From the NCBI GenBank assembly GCA_016839275.1, contig JAEOUM010000117.1, forward strand, positions 63,861 to 127,860: a stretch of DNA of 64,000 nucleotides, written 5' to 3'. Every line of letters starts with the position of its first letter. Position 1 is the first letter of the stretch. Under the pieces are notes generated by a model. That model saw only the letters and a program-made list of their open reading frames with translations. It was not told where the DNA came from and ran no database searches. A program made the position numbers and the translations under genes. This stretch comes from Candidatus Thorarchaeota archaeon. GTDB taxonomy: Archaea > Asgardarchaeota > Thorarchaeia > Thorarchaeales > Thorarchaeaceae. Of this stretch, positions 18,834 to 28,458 are shown piece by piece.

Positions 18834-20222
18834 TTATTTCTTCTGGAGTTCTTCTAAGACTTGGTTCATGACTCCCTCAGTGAGTTTTGCTATTCTATCA
18901 ACAGTGGATTGCGCTTTGGCTCCAATGTAGACCCTTGCCTTCGGTTCCGTTCCAGATACTCTCACAAGTACATAGGATCCATCGGTACACTCAATCCGTA
19001 TACCATCCACTTCGAGTATCTTGTCAATTCCACTCATCTGCGGAACTAATAATTCCTTGACCTTGGGCAGGAACGCCTGTTTGATATTGTCCGGACATCG
19101 CACAAAGTCTCTGAGCATTGGATATTTTGGAATGCTCTCCATGAGTTTCATACAACTACTATTCCCCTGCTCATCCATTAGTTGTGCAAATCGGGCAGCT
19201 CCAACAATACCGTCCATCCACCAACCGATTTCAGTAAAGATAGGCTTCCAAGGCTCTGAGGCAAAGACTACATCCTTTCCCTTGTCTGAGGCCAGAAACT
19301 CTTGGAGAGATCCTAATGGCATTCGTGTCACCTGACCCCCGGCAGCTGTGACGACCTCATCAATAACACTTGATGTATCAATGGACACAACAACAATTCC
19401 TTCGCCTTTCCTCTCGACTTCATCCCTTGCAAAGAGGGCAATGACACGGTTCTGATCGATAAACTCACCTTGTTCATCAATAACAGCTAGTCTATCTCCA
19501 TCACCATCATGGCACATTGTCACTGCGAAATCTGAACTCGCTGCTATTTTCATTGCATCACCGAGATTCTCTGGTGATGGTTCTGCAGGCCTTCCCGGGA
19601 AATGTCCATCTTGATGAGAGTTCATAGTGGTCACAGAGAAACCCATCTCTAGCAGCAGTTGTGGTGTGTAGTCTGTAGCTGCACCATTTGCCAAGTCTAA
19701 CATTACCTTGGTCCCATCACTTCTTTTACTTCTCTTCAACAAAAAATCCTTGAGATATCTTAGGTATTGGTTCTTGATATCGAGGTATAGAATCTCTCCA
19801 CAACTATCCCAATTCGCTGCAAGATATCGACGTTCAGAAATACAGCTCTCTAAGAAAATCTCTTCCGTTCTGATGAACTCCCTACCACCTGTGAAGAATT
19901 TGAATCCATTATCTGTAGGTGGATTGTGGCTTGCTGTCACAATGACAGACGCTGAAATCTCGTCGATTTGGCTGTAATATGCAATCGTTGGCATTGGCGC
20001 GATTCCCAAGTCTATCACATTAGTACCAGTTGATAGAACCCCAGCTATGATACCGTTTCTTAACATCTCTCTAGATGTTCTTGCATCAGTTCCGATTCCA
20101 ACTGTCCCTTTACCATCTAGGAATGTACCCAGTGCTCTACCAAGATTCAGTGCCAAGTCTGTTGTTACTTTCTCAGCTATTGAACCGCGTATTCCTGAAG
20201 TCCCGAAAAGTTTCGCTGTCAT
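18834..20222 (-). CDS. glmM: Phosphoglucosamine mutase / phosphomannomutase (alpha-D-phosphohexomutase)
   Basis: LFGTSGIRG N-terminus; active-site TASHNPPTDNGFKF. Confidence 0.85.
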   Translation of the reverse strand: MTAKLFGTSGIRGSIAEKVTTDLALNLGRALGTFLDGKGTVGIGTDARTSREMLRNGIIAGVLSTGTNVIDLGIAPMPTIAYYSQIDEISASVIVTASHNPPTDNGFKFFTGGREFIRTEEIFLESCISERRYLAANWDSCGEILYLDIKNQYLRYLKDFLLKRSKRSDGTKVMLDLANGAATDYTPQLLLEMGFSVTTMNSHQDGHFPGRPAEPSPENLGDAMKIAASSDFAVTMCHDGDGDRLAVIDEQGEFIDQNRVIALFARDEVERKGEGIVVVSIDTSSVIDEVVTAAGGQVTRMPLGSLQEFLASDKGKDVVFASEPWKPIFTEIGWWMDGIVGAARFAQLMDEQGNSSCMKLMESIPKYPMLRDFVRCPDNIKQAFLPKVKELLVPQMSGIDKILEVDGIRIECTDGSYVLVRVSGTEPKARVYIGAKAQSTVDRIAKLTEGVMNQVLEELQKK

Positions 20223-20233
20223 GTTATGTTCCT

Positions 20234-21220
20234 CTAGCTTTGTGGCAGTGCGAGATCAACGATGTCCTTTGCAGTTTCACCCATTCTCAACAGACTATCT
20301 ACAACATAAAGCTGAGTCTGTGGTTGTCCGTTTGGAGATGTTATGATATGCTGTCTCAATTTGGCAGTTTCAGAGATAAGCCATTTTTCTGCATCAATCA
20401 CTGAAACTACTTTCTTTGAACTGAATTTGAATAGATTATTCACTGCATCAGAGAGCATCTCTCTTATTCGTTCAACAATGGGTTCGAGTTTCTGTACAAG
20501 ATTTTGATCAATTGGTTCTTTTGCTCTCCGAGCAATATCAACAGCATAATCCGCAATTCGTTCAAGATATTGAGCTGCTAATCTGAAATCAAGAGCCTCC
20601 ACTGGTGTAATGCTCATCATTTCACTCACTCTTGGGTATTGAATTGCAGACCTGATTTCTCTGACAATTAGAAAGAAGAGCCGGTCCACTTCATCATCAC
20701 GCAGAATCACATCTTCTGCACCTTTCTGTGAACCTTCAAAATAGGCTTTTAGAGAATCATCTATCATTCTTGAGGCTATAAGATTCATGCGTTTCATAGC
20801 AGTACCTATAGGAAGAGTCGCAGGATCAATTAGACATCTTAGAACAATCTGATTATCATCTTCCTCCGTCACTTCTAATGCCACGAATCTCTTAATGACC
20901 TTCTCCAACTGATTCCTCTGGGTGTTTGTAATTGGTTCTTTGCTCACTATCCGAATCTCATCAAAACCCAGCAAATATCTACTAGTTATCTCCCAACGAA
21001 GATTCTGCTCAATCTGCATCGTTGTCGATCGAGTTTCTCCAGCTTTTGGAAGCCTTGGATCTACAATCAAACAGCCATCCTCACGTTGAATAAGAACAAC
21101 AGGGTCCCCTTTACTAAGACTCTGACTGTCCACCCATTCCTTGGGCAAGATTACGAGATATGAGCTGCCAGTCTTTCCTCCAGTCTGCTGCAGCTTTCTG
21201 ATGTATACCATTCGTATCAC
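20234..21220 (-). CDS. PhoU-domain phosphate regulator with N-terminal AbrB/SpoVT-like domain
   Basis: N-terminal swapped-hairpin-like segment (YLVILPKEWVD...GDPVVL) followed by two PhoU repeats. Confidence 0.6.
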   Translation of the reverse strand: MIRMVYIRKLQQTGGKTGSSYLVILPKEWVDSQSLSKGDPVVLIQREDGCLIVDPRLPKAGETRSTTMQIEQNLRWEITSRYLLGFDEIRIVSKEPITNTQRNQLEKVIKRFVALEVTEEDDNQIVLRCLIDPATLPIGTAMKRMNLIASRMIDDSLKAYFEGSQKGAEDVILRDDEVDRLFFLIVREIRSAIQYPRVSEMMSITPVEALDFRLAAQYLERIADYAVDIARRAKEPIDQNLVQKLEPIVERIREMLSDAVNNLFKFSSKKVVSVIDAEKWLISETAKLRQHIITSPNGQPQTQLYVVDSLLRMGETAKDIVDLALPQS

Positions 21221-21338
21221 CTATTCGCGATAGCACGCACAAAATGAGATGTGAAAGGCGCGCTTATTACATTTCCCGCAGGTTCGCGAGGGGCAGACGT
21301 TTAAAACGGGAATTCATCTCTTCTCAGTTGGTGGCTAC

Positions 21339-22949
21339 TTGACATCCGTAAAACGTCGAAATGTATTGGCAATTCTTATCAAATCTGGGTTTCAGATTAC
21401 ACCTGATGCTTTAGACTATATACTGAATCTCGACGCTCCTATGGAAATTGTTGAGTCTGTCATTCTGTCTAATATGTCCATTGACAGTTCTACTGTTCTC
21501 ACAAGAGAGTACATTGAATTATTAATCGAAGGAAAGACTGTTGAATCTGCCTCTGTGGAATTCATCTCAGGAACAGAACAAGAGCCTATTCCTCCTCCTA
21601 CAATCGCTGAATCTCCAACCAGTGAATCCGAGCTGAATTATAGAATCGAAAAAAATCCGGACGAGAATTCAGTAGGATCTGAGGGTATTATTGAGGATTT
21701 TCTTGAACTATTTCGAGACCGATATGCACGAATCAAAAAAATCTACATGAGTCGGATAGACACACAAAACGCCGTCACTCCATATATTGCTAAACAACGG
21801 AAAAGTTCGACGAAACCAGGACCTTTACAGAATAATGAAAGTGGCCGCAGAGGAAGACCACCTAGTCAAGTTGTACTTGGAATAATAAGGAACAAGAGTA
21901 TCTCAAGCCAACGAAATATCATTATTGATTTAGAGGGTCATGAAGACTCGATAATCTGTGTGATCCCTTCAGTGCAGCGAGGTCCCAAAAATCAGGATCT
22001 ATCCGAAAAAGCGAACGCACTACTACTCGATGAGATTGTGTGCATATCAGGCTATGTTGACAGTAGCAGACGTATGATTGCTGATGATGTTCTCTTTCCT
22101 GATATTCCGACAGTGCGTCAACTAGGCCGTGCTAAGAAAGAGATCTATGCTGCATTCATTTCAGACCTACACTGTGGCAGTCATGAATTCCTAGAAGATG
22201 AATTTGATCGATTCATAGATTGGATAGGCGGGCATGATGTTGACACCTCTGACAAGAATATGATAGAGAAGACAAAGTACCTCTTCATTGCAGGAGACTT
22301 AGTAGACGGTATCAGCGTATATCCTAGTCAGCGGGAACACCTAAAGATACCAAGTCTCTACGATCAGTATGCTACGGTTGCAGAAAAATTGAAGAAAATT
22401 CCGAAGAAGATTAAGATCTTCTGTATACCGGGCAATCATGATGCGTGTCGCCAAGCTCTTCCCAAACCGCCAATCCAGAGAGTATTTGCAGAACCGCTAT
22501 ACAGTCTTGAGAATGTCACAGTACTTGGTGATCCATGCCAGATACTTGTGGAGGATGTCAGAATATTGATGACCCATGGGGACAGTATGGATGACCTTGT
22601 AACCACACTTCCTCGAGCGTCTTATACTGAACCTGCAATATCTATGATAGAGCTACTGAAAAAGCGTCATCTTGCTCCAATATACGGTGGCAAAACAGAA
22701 CTAGCTCCTCTACATCGCGATTGGATGGTCATTGATACGCCACCTGATGTAGTCCACTTCGGTCATGCGCACCATAATGCGGTTGACAATTACCGGGGAG
22801 TACAAATAATCAACTCGGGTACTTTTCAATCGCAGACTGATTTCATGCGTAAACAAGGTGTTATACCCACTCCTGGAATTGTGACTCTTCTCAATCTCCA
22901 GACCGGAATTCCCGATGTAAAATTCTTCTATGATATGTCAGCGCAATAG
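21339..22949 (+). CDS. polB: DNA polymerase D small subunit DP1 (Mre11-like phosphoesterase)
   Basis: Calcineurin-like motifs FISDLHCGS, FIAGDLVDG, IPGNHDA, HGDS, GHAH; N-terminal LAILIKSGFQITPDAL typical of DP1. Confidence 0.85.
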   Translation: MTSVKRRNVLAILIKSGFQITPDALDYILNLDAPMEIVESVILSNMSIDSSTVLTREYIELLIEGKTVESASVEFISGTEQEPIPPPTIAESPTSESELNYRIEKNPDENSVGSEGIIEDFLELFRDRYARIKKIYMSRIDTQNAVTPYIAKQRKSSTKPGPLQNNESGRRGRPPSQVVLGIIRNKSISSQRNIIIDLEGHEDSIICVIPSVQRGPKNQDLSEKANALLLDEIVCISGYVDSSRRMIADDVLFPDIPTVRQLGRAKKEIYAAFISDLHCGSHEFLEDEFDRFIDWIGGHDVDTSDKNMIEKTKYLFIAGDLVDGISVYPSQREHLKIPSLYDQYATVAEKLKKIPKKIKIFCIPGNHDACRQALPKPPIQRVFAEPLYSLENVTVLGDPCQILVEDVRILMTHGDSMDDLVTTLPRASYTEPAISMIELLKKRHLAPIYGGKTELAPLHRDWMVIDTPPDVVHFGHAHHNAVDNYRGVQIINSGTFQSQTDFMRKQGVIPTPGIVTLLNLQTGIPDVKFFYDMSAQ

Positions 22950-22956
22950 AATCAGA

Positions 22957-24204
22957 CTATCCTAGGATGTCCTTTGCTGCCTTGCTGAGTCTGATGTCAT
23001 CATCAAGAATGGCACCAATCTGTTTCTTACTCACAGCTAGCTTGATTTTCTTTGTACGTCCATAACGCCCCTTCGAAATCACTGTTGTATTGATAAGACC
23101 AAGCATATCCAACTCTGAGATCAAGTCAGAAACGCGTCTCTGTGTCAATATATCTAATGAAAGAGTCTTCGCAATGTCTGAATAGACATTGAAACACTCT
23201 CCTGTGACAATATCATTTTGTCCCTTATCAGCAAGTGCATACACTGCAAACAATACTGCCTTTGATTGCATTGGCAGTGTTTTTACGGCTTCAGTTATTG
23301 TGTCCCTCTCGATTACCTTTTGAGCATCTCTTACATGCTCTTGGCTAACCTTCGCATCTCCTCTCCGCTCTGCTAGTTCTCCTGCGGTTCTTAATAGATC
23401 AAGTGCACGTCGTGCGTCCCCATGTTCTTGTGCAGCTAGTGCACCAACAAGATTAATGACGCCCTCATCTGCAACTGCATCTTTATTGAATGCAATCTCC
23501 ACACGCTGTTGCAGAATGCCTCTCAGCTCAACAGCATTGTATGGGGCAAAGATGACCTCCTCCTCTCCAAGTGTGGATAGCACCCTGGGGTCGAGCATCT
23601 CTTTGAAGGTCAGATCATTACTTATTCCTATTATTGATATTCGGCTTCTATCAAGTTCGCTATTCATTCTAGTTAATCCGTATAGGATATCATTGCCCTG
23701 ACTAACATCTCGTTTCACAAGATAGTCCACTTCATCTAGCACTACAACCATAATGCTCTGGTCTGAATCAAGTTGCCTCTTGAAGATTGATCTTATCTCA
23801 TCAGTTGGCAATCCTGTAAATGGAACATCTGACCCGTCAGGCATTGTTGCATTAATTGCATCACAGAGTTGTCGGAGCACTCTGTAGTTTGTTCCAACAA
23901 TTCTACAATTTATTAGTGCAGTCAAAGGAGGGGTGAGTCTACTCTCCTTAGCCTTTTTTACTAGTAGATCTAGCACATATCGCGCTACAACAGTTTTACC
24001 AGTGCCAGTCTTACCATAACACAGAATGTTGGATGGGGGAGCACCCCGTAATGCAGGTCCCAAGATAGACCCAATCTTGTTCATCTGATCATCCCTATAT
24101 GGAAGGCTCTCTGGCACATACGTGGCTCTTAGAGCAGTTCTATCCTTGAAAATATCTTGACCTTGCAAAAACTTGTCAAATAGTTTATCGAGAGGCTTTT
24201 CCAT
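22957..24204 (-). CDS. cdc6: Orc1/Cdc6 replication initiator; the ORF track extends the N-terminus to 24270
   Basis: Walker A GKTGTGKTVVARYV; Walker B VVLDEVDYL; C-terminal winged helix; N-terminus MEKPLDKLFDKFL... aligns to archaeal Cdc6 starts. Confidence 0.9.
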   Translation of the reverse strand: MEKPLDKLFDKFLQGQDIFKDRTALRATYVPESLPYRDDQMNKIGSILGPALRGAPPSNILCYGKTGTGKTVVARYVLDLLVKKAKESRLTPPLTALINCRIVGTNYRVLRQLCDAINATMPDGSDVPFTGLPTDEIRSIFKRQLDSDQSIMVVVLDEVDYLVKRDVSQGNDILYGLTRMNSELDRSRISIIGISNDLTFKEMLDPRVLSTLGEEEVIFAPYNAVELRGILQQRVEIAFNKDAVADEGVINLVGALAAQEHGDARRALDLLRTAGELAERRGDAKVSQEHVRDAQKVIERDTITEAVKTLPMQSKAVLFAVYALADKGQNDIVTGECFNVYSDIAKTLSLDILTQRRVSDLISELDMLGLINTTVISKGRYGRTKKIKLAVSKKQIGAILDDDIRLSKAAKDILG

Positions 24205-24421
24205 CCCACAATACTCCTGTCTATAACTCGAGGTATGAAACCTACACTTATGGCTCTTAAACACTTCCATAAGAAGTTGAGGTAAGTTCCATTGGACTTC
24301 AATTGGAACCTATGGAGCATATGGAAAAAAGAGTAGGTATTACCAGTTAAGTACCAATAGTACTATTCATCTAGTTATCACTGTCATCTGTGTCTACAGA
24401 CAACTCTTCCGGTGACATAAT
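24205..24421. promoter_or_regulatory. Putative replication origin (oriC) upstream of orc1/cdc6
   Basis: Inverted repeat GTTCCATTGGAC/TTCAATTGGAAC at 24287..24310 resembles ORB/mini-ORB cores (TCCANTGGAA), followed by an AT-rich stretch; next to cdc6 and near the polD small subunit, as in Pyrococcus. Confidence 0.4.
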
Positions 24422-25060
24422 TTGCGTCTAAGGGACCTTGAGATTGCACTTGAATCCATATCACGTACTGGAGAGTATGATGTTTCATTGGAACAATATC
24501 CCACTCCTGCCAAAATCGCCTCTGCAATCCTTTTTGCTGCTCAGATGGAACACGGAGACATAACGAGTAAGACTGTTTGCGATTTGGGATGTGGCGATGG
24601 AATATTTGCACTTGGAGCGGCTCTTCTTGATGCGCATCATGTGATTGGAATTGATGTACAAAGCAAAGCCTTAAAGGCGTCACAAATGAATTCACGATTG
24701 CTCGGGATAGAAGACACAGTAGACTGGGTATTAGGAGACGTCTCCTCTTTTCAGCTACGAAGTCTTGTCGACACTGTGGTTAGCAACCCACCGTTTGGTG
24801 TCAAGAAAAGAGGTGCTGACCTGAGATTCCTACAAAAAGCAATCTCAATTGCCGATGTGACCTATAGCATACACCTTGCAGGTGACAAGAACAGAGTCTT
24901 CCTGAAAAATGAAGTCGAGAAGCTTGGTGCAAGAGTGACACAAATCGAAACTTTCCAATTTCCAATAGGTAAATTGTTCGATTACCATAAAAAAAGTATC
25001 CATATGATTGATGTAGACCTCTATCGAATATGTTCCAAAGAGTGTGAACCGAATGGCTGA
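24422..25060 (+). CDS. Class I SAM-dependent methyltransferase with NPPFG motif (METTL5/HemK-like, putative RNA m6A MTase)
   Basis: DLGCGDGIFALGAAL motif I; VSNPPFG motif IV. Confidence 0.7.
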   Translation: MRLRDLEIALESISRTGEYDVSLEQYPTPAKIASAILFAAQMEHGDITSKTVCDLGCGDGIFALGAALLDAHHVIGIDVQSKALKASQMNSRLLGIEDTVDWVLGDVSSFQLRSLVDTVVSNPPFGVKKRGADLRFLQKAISIADVTYSIHLAGDKNRVFLKNEVEKLGARVTQIETFQFPIGKLFDYHKKSIHMIDVDLYRICSKECEPNG

Positions 25061-25820
25061 CGTTAAGAGTGGTGATATAGTAGTACCGGGAGATCAGCTG
25101 TGTGTGATTGAAGAGCTGAGTCCTAGCTACGGCACCTATGAAAAAGATGGTATTGTATTTGCTGCTGCACCCGGCGCAGTTTCAATGGACCTTAAAGAGC
25201 GCGTTATCAAGGTCCTTCAAGCTGATGGAAAGATGAAGCTGGCACTCCCTGTCAAGGGTGATATTCTAATGGGGGAAGTTGTTAACGCATATGAACAACG
25301 AGCTGAGATTGCAGTTGTACGCAGGAATGGCGAAGACTTTCATAGTGGTCTCATAGGTGAGATTCATATTAGTAATGTTACACGCCGTTTCGTAAAAAGC
25401 ATGCATGATGTGTTAAAAGTGAGTGACATTGTACGTGCTGTTGCACTGAACACGCATGAGATTCCTACTACTGTAAGTGTTATCGGCCCCGATCTTGGAG
25501 TGGTCTTCTCAAGATGTTCAAGATGCGGTCACCCCTTGACTCTTACTACTTACAACAACATGTTTTGTTTGAGATGTGAAAACAGAGAAACCCGAGAAGT
25601 TGCCAGTGATTATGGTCAGAACTATGGACTTGAAGCAAGACCCGACCTAGCACCAAGACGAAGGTCTTATGATAATCGTGATTATGACCGAGGCGATCGT
25701 AGAGGAGGAAGACGCTTTGAAGGGGGACGTCGTGAGAGGGATGGAGATAAACGTTTTAGTGATCGAAAATCAAGTCGACCTGACAGAAGAGGAAGTGACA
25801 CACGGAGGCGTCGTGATTGA
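25053..25820 (+). CDS. csl4: Exosome RNA-binding subunit Csl4 with Arg/Asp-rich C-terminal tail
   Basis: N-terminal domain, S1 domain, and zinc ribbon CSRCGHPL...CLRCEN; the last 60 aa are an RD/RG low-complexity tail (RRRSYDNRDYDRGDRRGGRRFEGGRRERDGD...). Confidence 0.8.
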   Translation: MADVKSGDIVVPGDQLCVIEELSPSYGTYEKDGIVFAAAPGAVSMDLKERVIKVLQADGKMKLALPVKGDILMGEVVNAYEQRAEIAVVRRNGEDFHSGLIGEIHISNVTRRFVKSMHDVLKVSDIVRAVALNTHEIPTTVSVIGPDLGVVFSRCSRCGHPLTLTTYNNMFCLRCENRETREVASDYGQNYGLEARPDLAPRRRSYDNRDYDRGDRRGGRRFEGGRRERDGDKRFSDRKSSRPDRRGSDTRRRRD

Positions 25821-25852
25821 AACCAAGAACAATAGAAAATACAAAATTTGAG

Positions 25853-26107
25853 ATGATTTTTGAGATTGGCGGGGAAGGGCATTCATTTCCGAATCTACTT
25901 CGTAAGACCCTTCTTGAAGAACCTGCTGTAGAGTTTGCTGGCTACAATATTGAACATCCATTACTAGCCAGTCCAGTGGTCACTCTACGAACAAAGCGTC
26001 GTCAGGCAAATGTAGTCCTTCGCGAAGCTCTTGAAAAGATGCTTGCTCGTACTGAAGAATTTCGAAAGAAGTTCAATCAAGCAACATCCGATCATAGCAT
26101 AGATTAA
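25853..26107 (+). CDS. rpoL: DNA-directed RNA polymerase subunit L (Rpo11)
   Basis: MIFEIGGEGHSFPNLLRKTLLEEP...FAGYNIEHPL matches RpoL/Rpb11; conserved csl4-rpoL adjacency. Confidence 0.8.
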   Translation: MIFEIGGEGHSFPNLLRKTLLEEPAVEFAGYNIEHPLLASPVVTLRTKRRQANVVLREALEKMLARTEEFRKKFNQATSDHSID

Positions 26108-26137
26108 AGATCAGAATGCTGCTCTGGTGAATCCCAA

Positions 26138-26551
26138 ATGTGGGCACCTTTTGTCAAACATTCAAGCATCGAGCAGATTATGAATGATAAGGGACTAGCT
26201 AAGGTAGGCGATAATCTCGTAAACTTATGTTATTCTCTTGCCAAGACCTTAGTACTCGGCTACACGACTGGCGAAAAAGTCCGAGATAGTGTTCTTGCTA
26301 GAGCAATACGAGGTACATCTGTATACCAGCATATGAATCGGAGAAGTGACATTGGAAAAGCCGCAGATGCATACGAAGCCATTGTGGCATACTTATGGAT
26401 GACCGATAAAATAACAATCTCCGCCATGGCTGATTCTCTCGCTGGTCTACTTGAGATAGATAGCAAGACCAGCCGAGAAAAGGAAGGAATGCTTGCTGCT
26501 ATCTCCTTCCAGCGATTCCTAGAACAGAATATTGCACATCTTCCGCAGTGA
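26138..26551 (+). CDS. Mini-ribonuclease-III-like protein (RNase III catalytic domain only)
   Basis: LAKVGDNLVNLCYS resembles the RNase III signature (LAYLGDAVYEL); AADAYEAIVAYLW resembles the second catalytic motif (DxxEAxxGA); 137 aa. Confidence 0.45.
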   Translation: MWAPFVKHSSIEQIMNDKGLAKVGDNLVNLCYSLAKTLVLGYTTGEKVRDSVLARAIRGTSVYQHMNRRSDIGKAADAYEAIVAYLWMTDKITISAMADSLAGLLEIDSKTSREKEGMLAAISFQRFLEQNIAHLPQ

Positions 26552-26628
26552 CAGCACTCGTTCTATGGACAAGTCAAAATGCTTAATTGACATCTGAACA
26601 CAACGGCTCAGAAGCGGAGTGCAGTCCC

Positions 26629-26958
26629 ATGGAATTCTGTGACAAATGTGGTGCTATGATGGTACCTTTCACACAAGAAGACGGTAAACGCGTATTGAGA
26701 TGCCGGAGTTGCGAACATACAAAAGAAATACGGGGCGAACTAAGTGTATCTCAGAATATAGAGAAAGGACCGCGTGACAAGATAATTGTTGTTGAGGATG
26801 ACTCTATTCCAATGCCTGTCACGAAAGCAATCTGTCCAAAGTGTAATAACACTGATGCATACTATTGGACTGTGCAGACCCGACGTGGTGATGAAGGGGC
26901 AACAGAGTTCTATAGGTGTACTGCCTGCAAACATACTTGGCGTAACTATGGTGGCTAG
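26629..26958 (+). CDS. tfs: Transcription factor S (TFIIS-type zinc ribbon)
   Basis: N-terminal Zn ribbon CDKCGAMM...CRSCEH and C-terminal CPKCNNTDAYYWTVQTRRGDEGATEFYRCTACKHTW. Confidence 0.85.
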   Translation: MEFCDKCGAMMVPFTQEDGKRVLRCRSCEHTKEIRGELSVSQNIEKGPRDKIIVVEDDSIPMPVTKAICPKCNNTDAYYWTVQTRRGDEGATEFYRCTACKHTWRNYGG

Positions 26959-27063
26959 TTTACTAGTAATAGAACGACTGACACATTTATAGCCCCACAT
27001 AGGCGCTCCTCAGAGACTGATGATATTTCATAATACTCAGGATAATAGAAAGGGCGTTGTGAT

Positions 27064-27435
27064 TTGACCGAAGAGAAAAAATTCATTCGAAAAAAGCCAT
27101 CTCGGCTTACAACTATTCGTGAGATTTCATCAGAATCTCGTGGGCCTGTCAGAATACTTGGAATTGTAGTGGATTCCAGCCCAGGTTCTGCTCTTGTACA
27201 GGATCTTTACGATGAAGATTTTAAGAAGGCGGGAAGCATTTGGATTACTATAGAGGGAACTCTTGAACCTAAGAAAAAGTACCTCATCATCGGTGATGTG
27301 ACAGAGAAGACCGACGGTGATACTAAGATTCCTTGGCTGAATGCAACCCTTGCACATGATGTTGATTCGCTCGACATTGCACTGTACAAAGAAGTTCTGG
27401 AACTAGAGGAGAAGGTCACTAAAACAATGAGTTGA
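27064..27435 (+). CDS. Hypothetical OB-fold-like protein upstream of PCNA
   Basis: 123 aa, beta-rich (RILGIVVD...ALVQD...IEGTLEP); placed between tfs and pcna. Confidence 0.3.
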   Translation: MTEEKKFIRKKPSRLTTIREISSESRGPVRILGIVVDSSPGSALVQDLYDEDFKKAGSIWITIEGTLEPKKKYLIIGDVTEKTDGDTKIPWLNATLAHDVDSLDIALYKEVLELEEKVTKTMS

Positions 27436-27580
27436 TGAAGGAACCCCGATACACTGCAGTCCTTTACTTTCCCATGCCTGAATCTTCCGAGAAGTACATT
27501 TTAATTGCTGTTGATACTTCTAATATCTGTCCAGACCACACCTTGTTAATGGTCTTTCATCTAACTGGAGGAAAAGTACA

Positions 27581-28339
27581 ATGTTTCACGCAACTCTAGA
27601 CAGCACAAAAACCTGGAAACAGATAGTAGACGCCTTGGCAACTCTTCTTACTGAGGCTCATCTTCAAGTATCTGAATCTGGAATGACATTACGCCAACTT
27701 GACTCGTCCAAGGCAGCAATGGTTGATTTAAATCTCCCATCTGCTGTTTTTCAGGAATATGCATGTAAAGGACAACATGATATCTGCCTGGGGATTGATG
27801 AGCTTGCCAGAGTGAGTAAGCGAATGGGTGGAGATGAGCGTCTGGAGTTCAATCTTGATGAAGAAAATAAACGATTGGAAATCCGGATGATTGGCCAAGC
27901 TGAAAGACAGTTCAAACTTCAACTCCTCACACCTCCAGATAGCCCAACAAGCAAACCAAGTATGGCTTTTGAGGTCAAGGCTGAAATGTACGCAGACGCT
28001 TTCAAGCAAGCGATAAAAGATATTGGTGTGGTATCAAGCCATGTGAAGATTACCGCTGAGAAGAATACACTCACCTTCTCAGGGGAAGGCGATACTGGCG
28101 AAGCACAAGTCACGCTCTCTACCGAAGGTGAAGATCCTGTTTTGTTCCAGTTGAAAGTTGGCAGTGGTTCGTCTGCTGCTATGTACGCGCTTAACTACCT
28201 TGCTGAGATATCAAAAGCTATACCTAGTGATAGTATAATTCTTCAGCTCACTGGAAATAAACCAATGATGTTGGAATTTGCCATCGCAGAGGCAGGTAAT
28301 ATTAGCTTCATCTTGGCACCACGTGTTGAACGAAGGTAG
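27581..28339 (+). CDS. pcn: DNA polymerase sliding clamp PCNA
   Basis: MFHATLDSTKTWKQIVDALATLLTEAHLQVSESGMTLRQLDSSK matches the PCNA N-terminus; 252 aa. Confidence 0.85.
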   Translation: MFHATLDSTKTWKQIVDALATLLTEAHLQVSESGMTLRQLDSSKAAMVDLNLPSAVFQEYACKGQHDICLGIDELARVSKRMGGDERLEFNLDEENKRLEIRMIGQAERQFKLQLLTPPDSPTSKPSMAFEVKAEMYADAFKQAIKDIGVVSSHVKITAEKNTLTFSGEGDTGEAQVTLSTEGEDPVLFQLKVGSGSSAAMYALNYLAEISKAIPSDSIILQLTGNKPMMLEFAIAEAGNISFILAPRVERR

Positions 28340-28458
28340 ATTGGTCTCCCAGATTGATAATATGGAATAGTGCTCTACGAATGCCATACACCCACCCAGC
28401 ACCTCATTGGTTCTTATAGTCGAAACATAAAAGTTCACAAGAGGAGTGGTCTTCTCCA

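Noticed and set aside
18861-20404. Multiple + strand ORFs of 62-109 aa
   Set aside because: All lie antisense within the phosphohexomutase gene (18834..20222, minus strand), which has unambiguous active-site motifs.
27130-27419. Two minus-strand ORFs (27130..27357, 27207..27419)
   Set aside because: Antisense to the OB-fold-like ORF upstream of PCNA. They are hydrophobic and low-complexity with no start context. The + strand ORF was kept because it is co-directional with the replication gene string.
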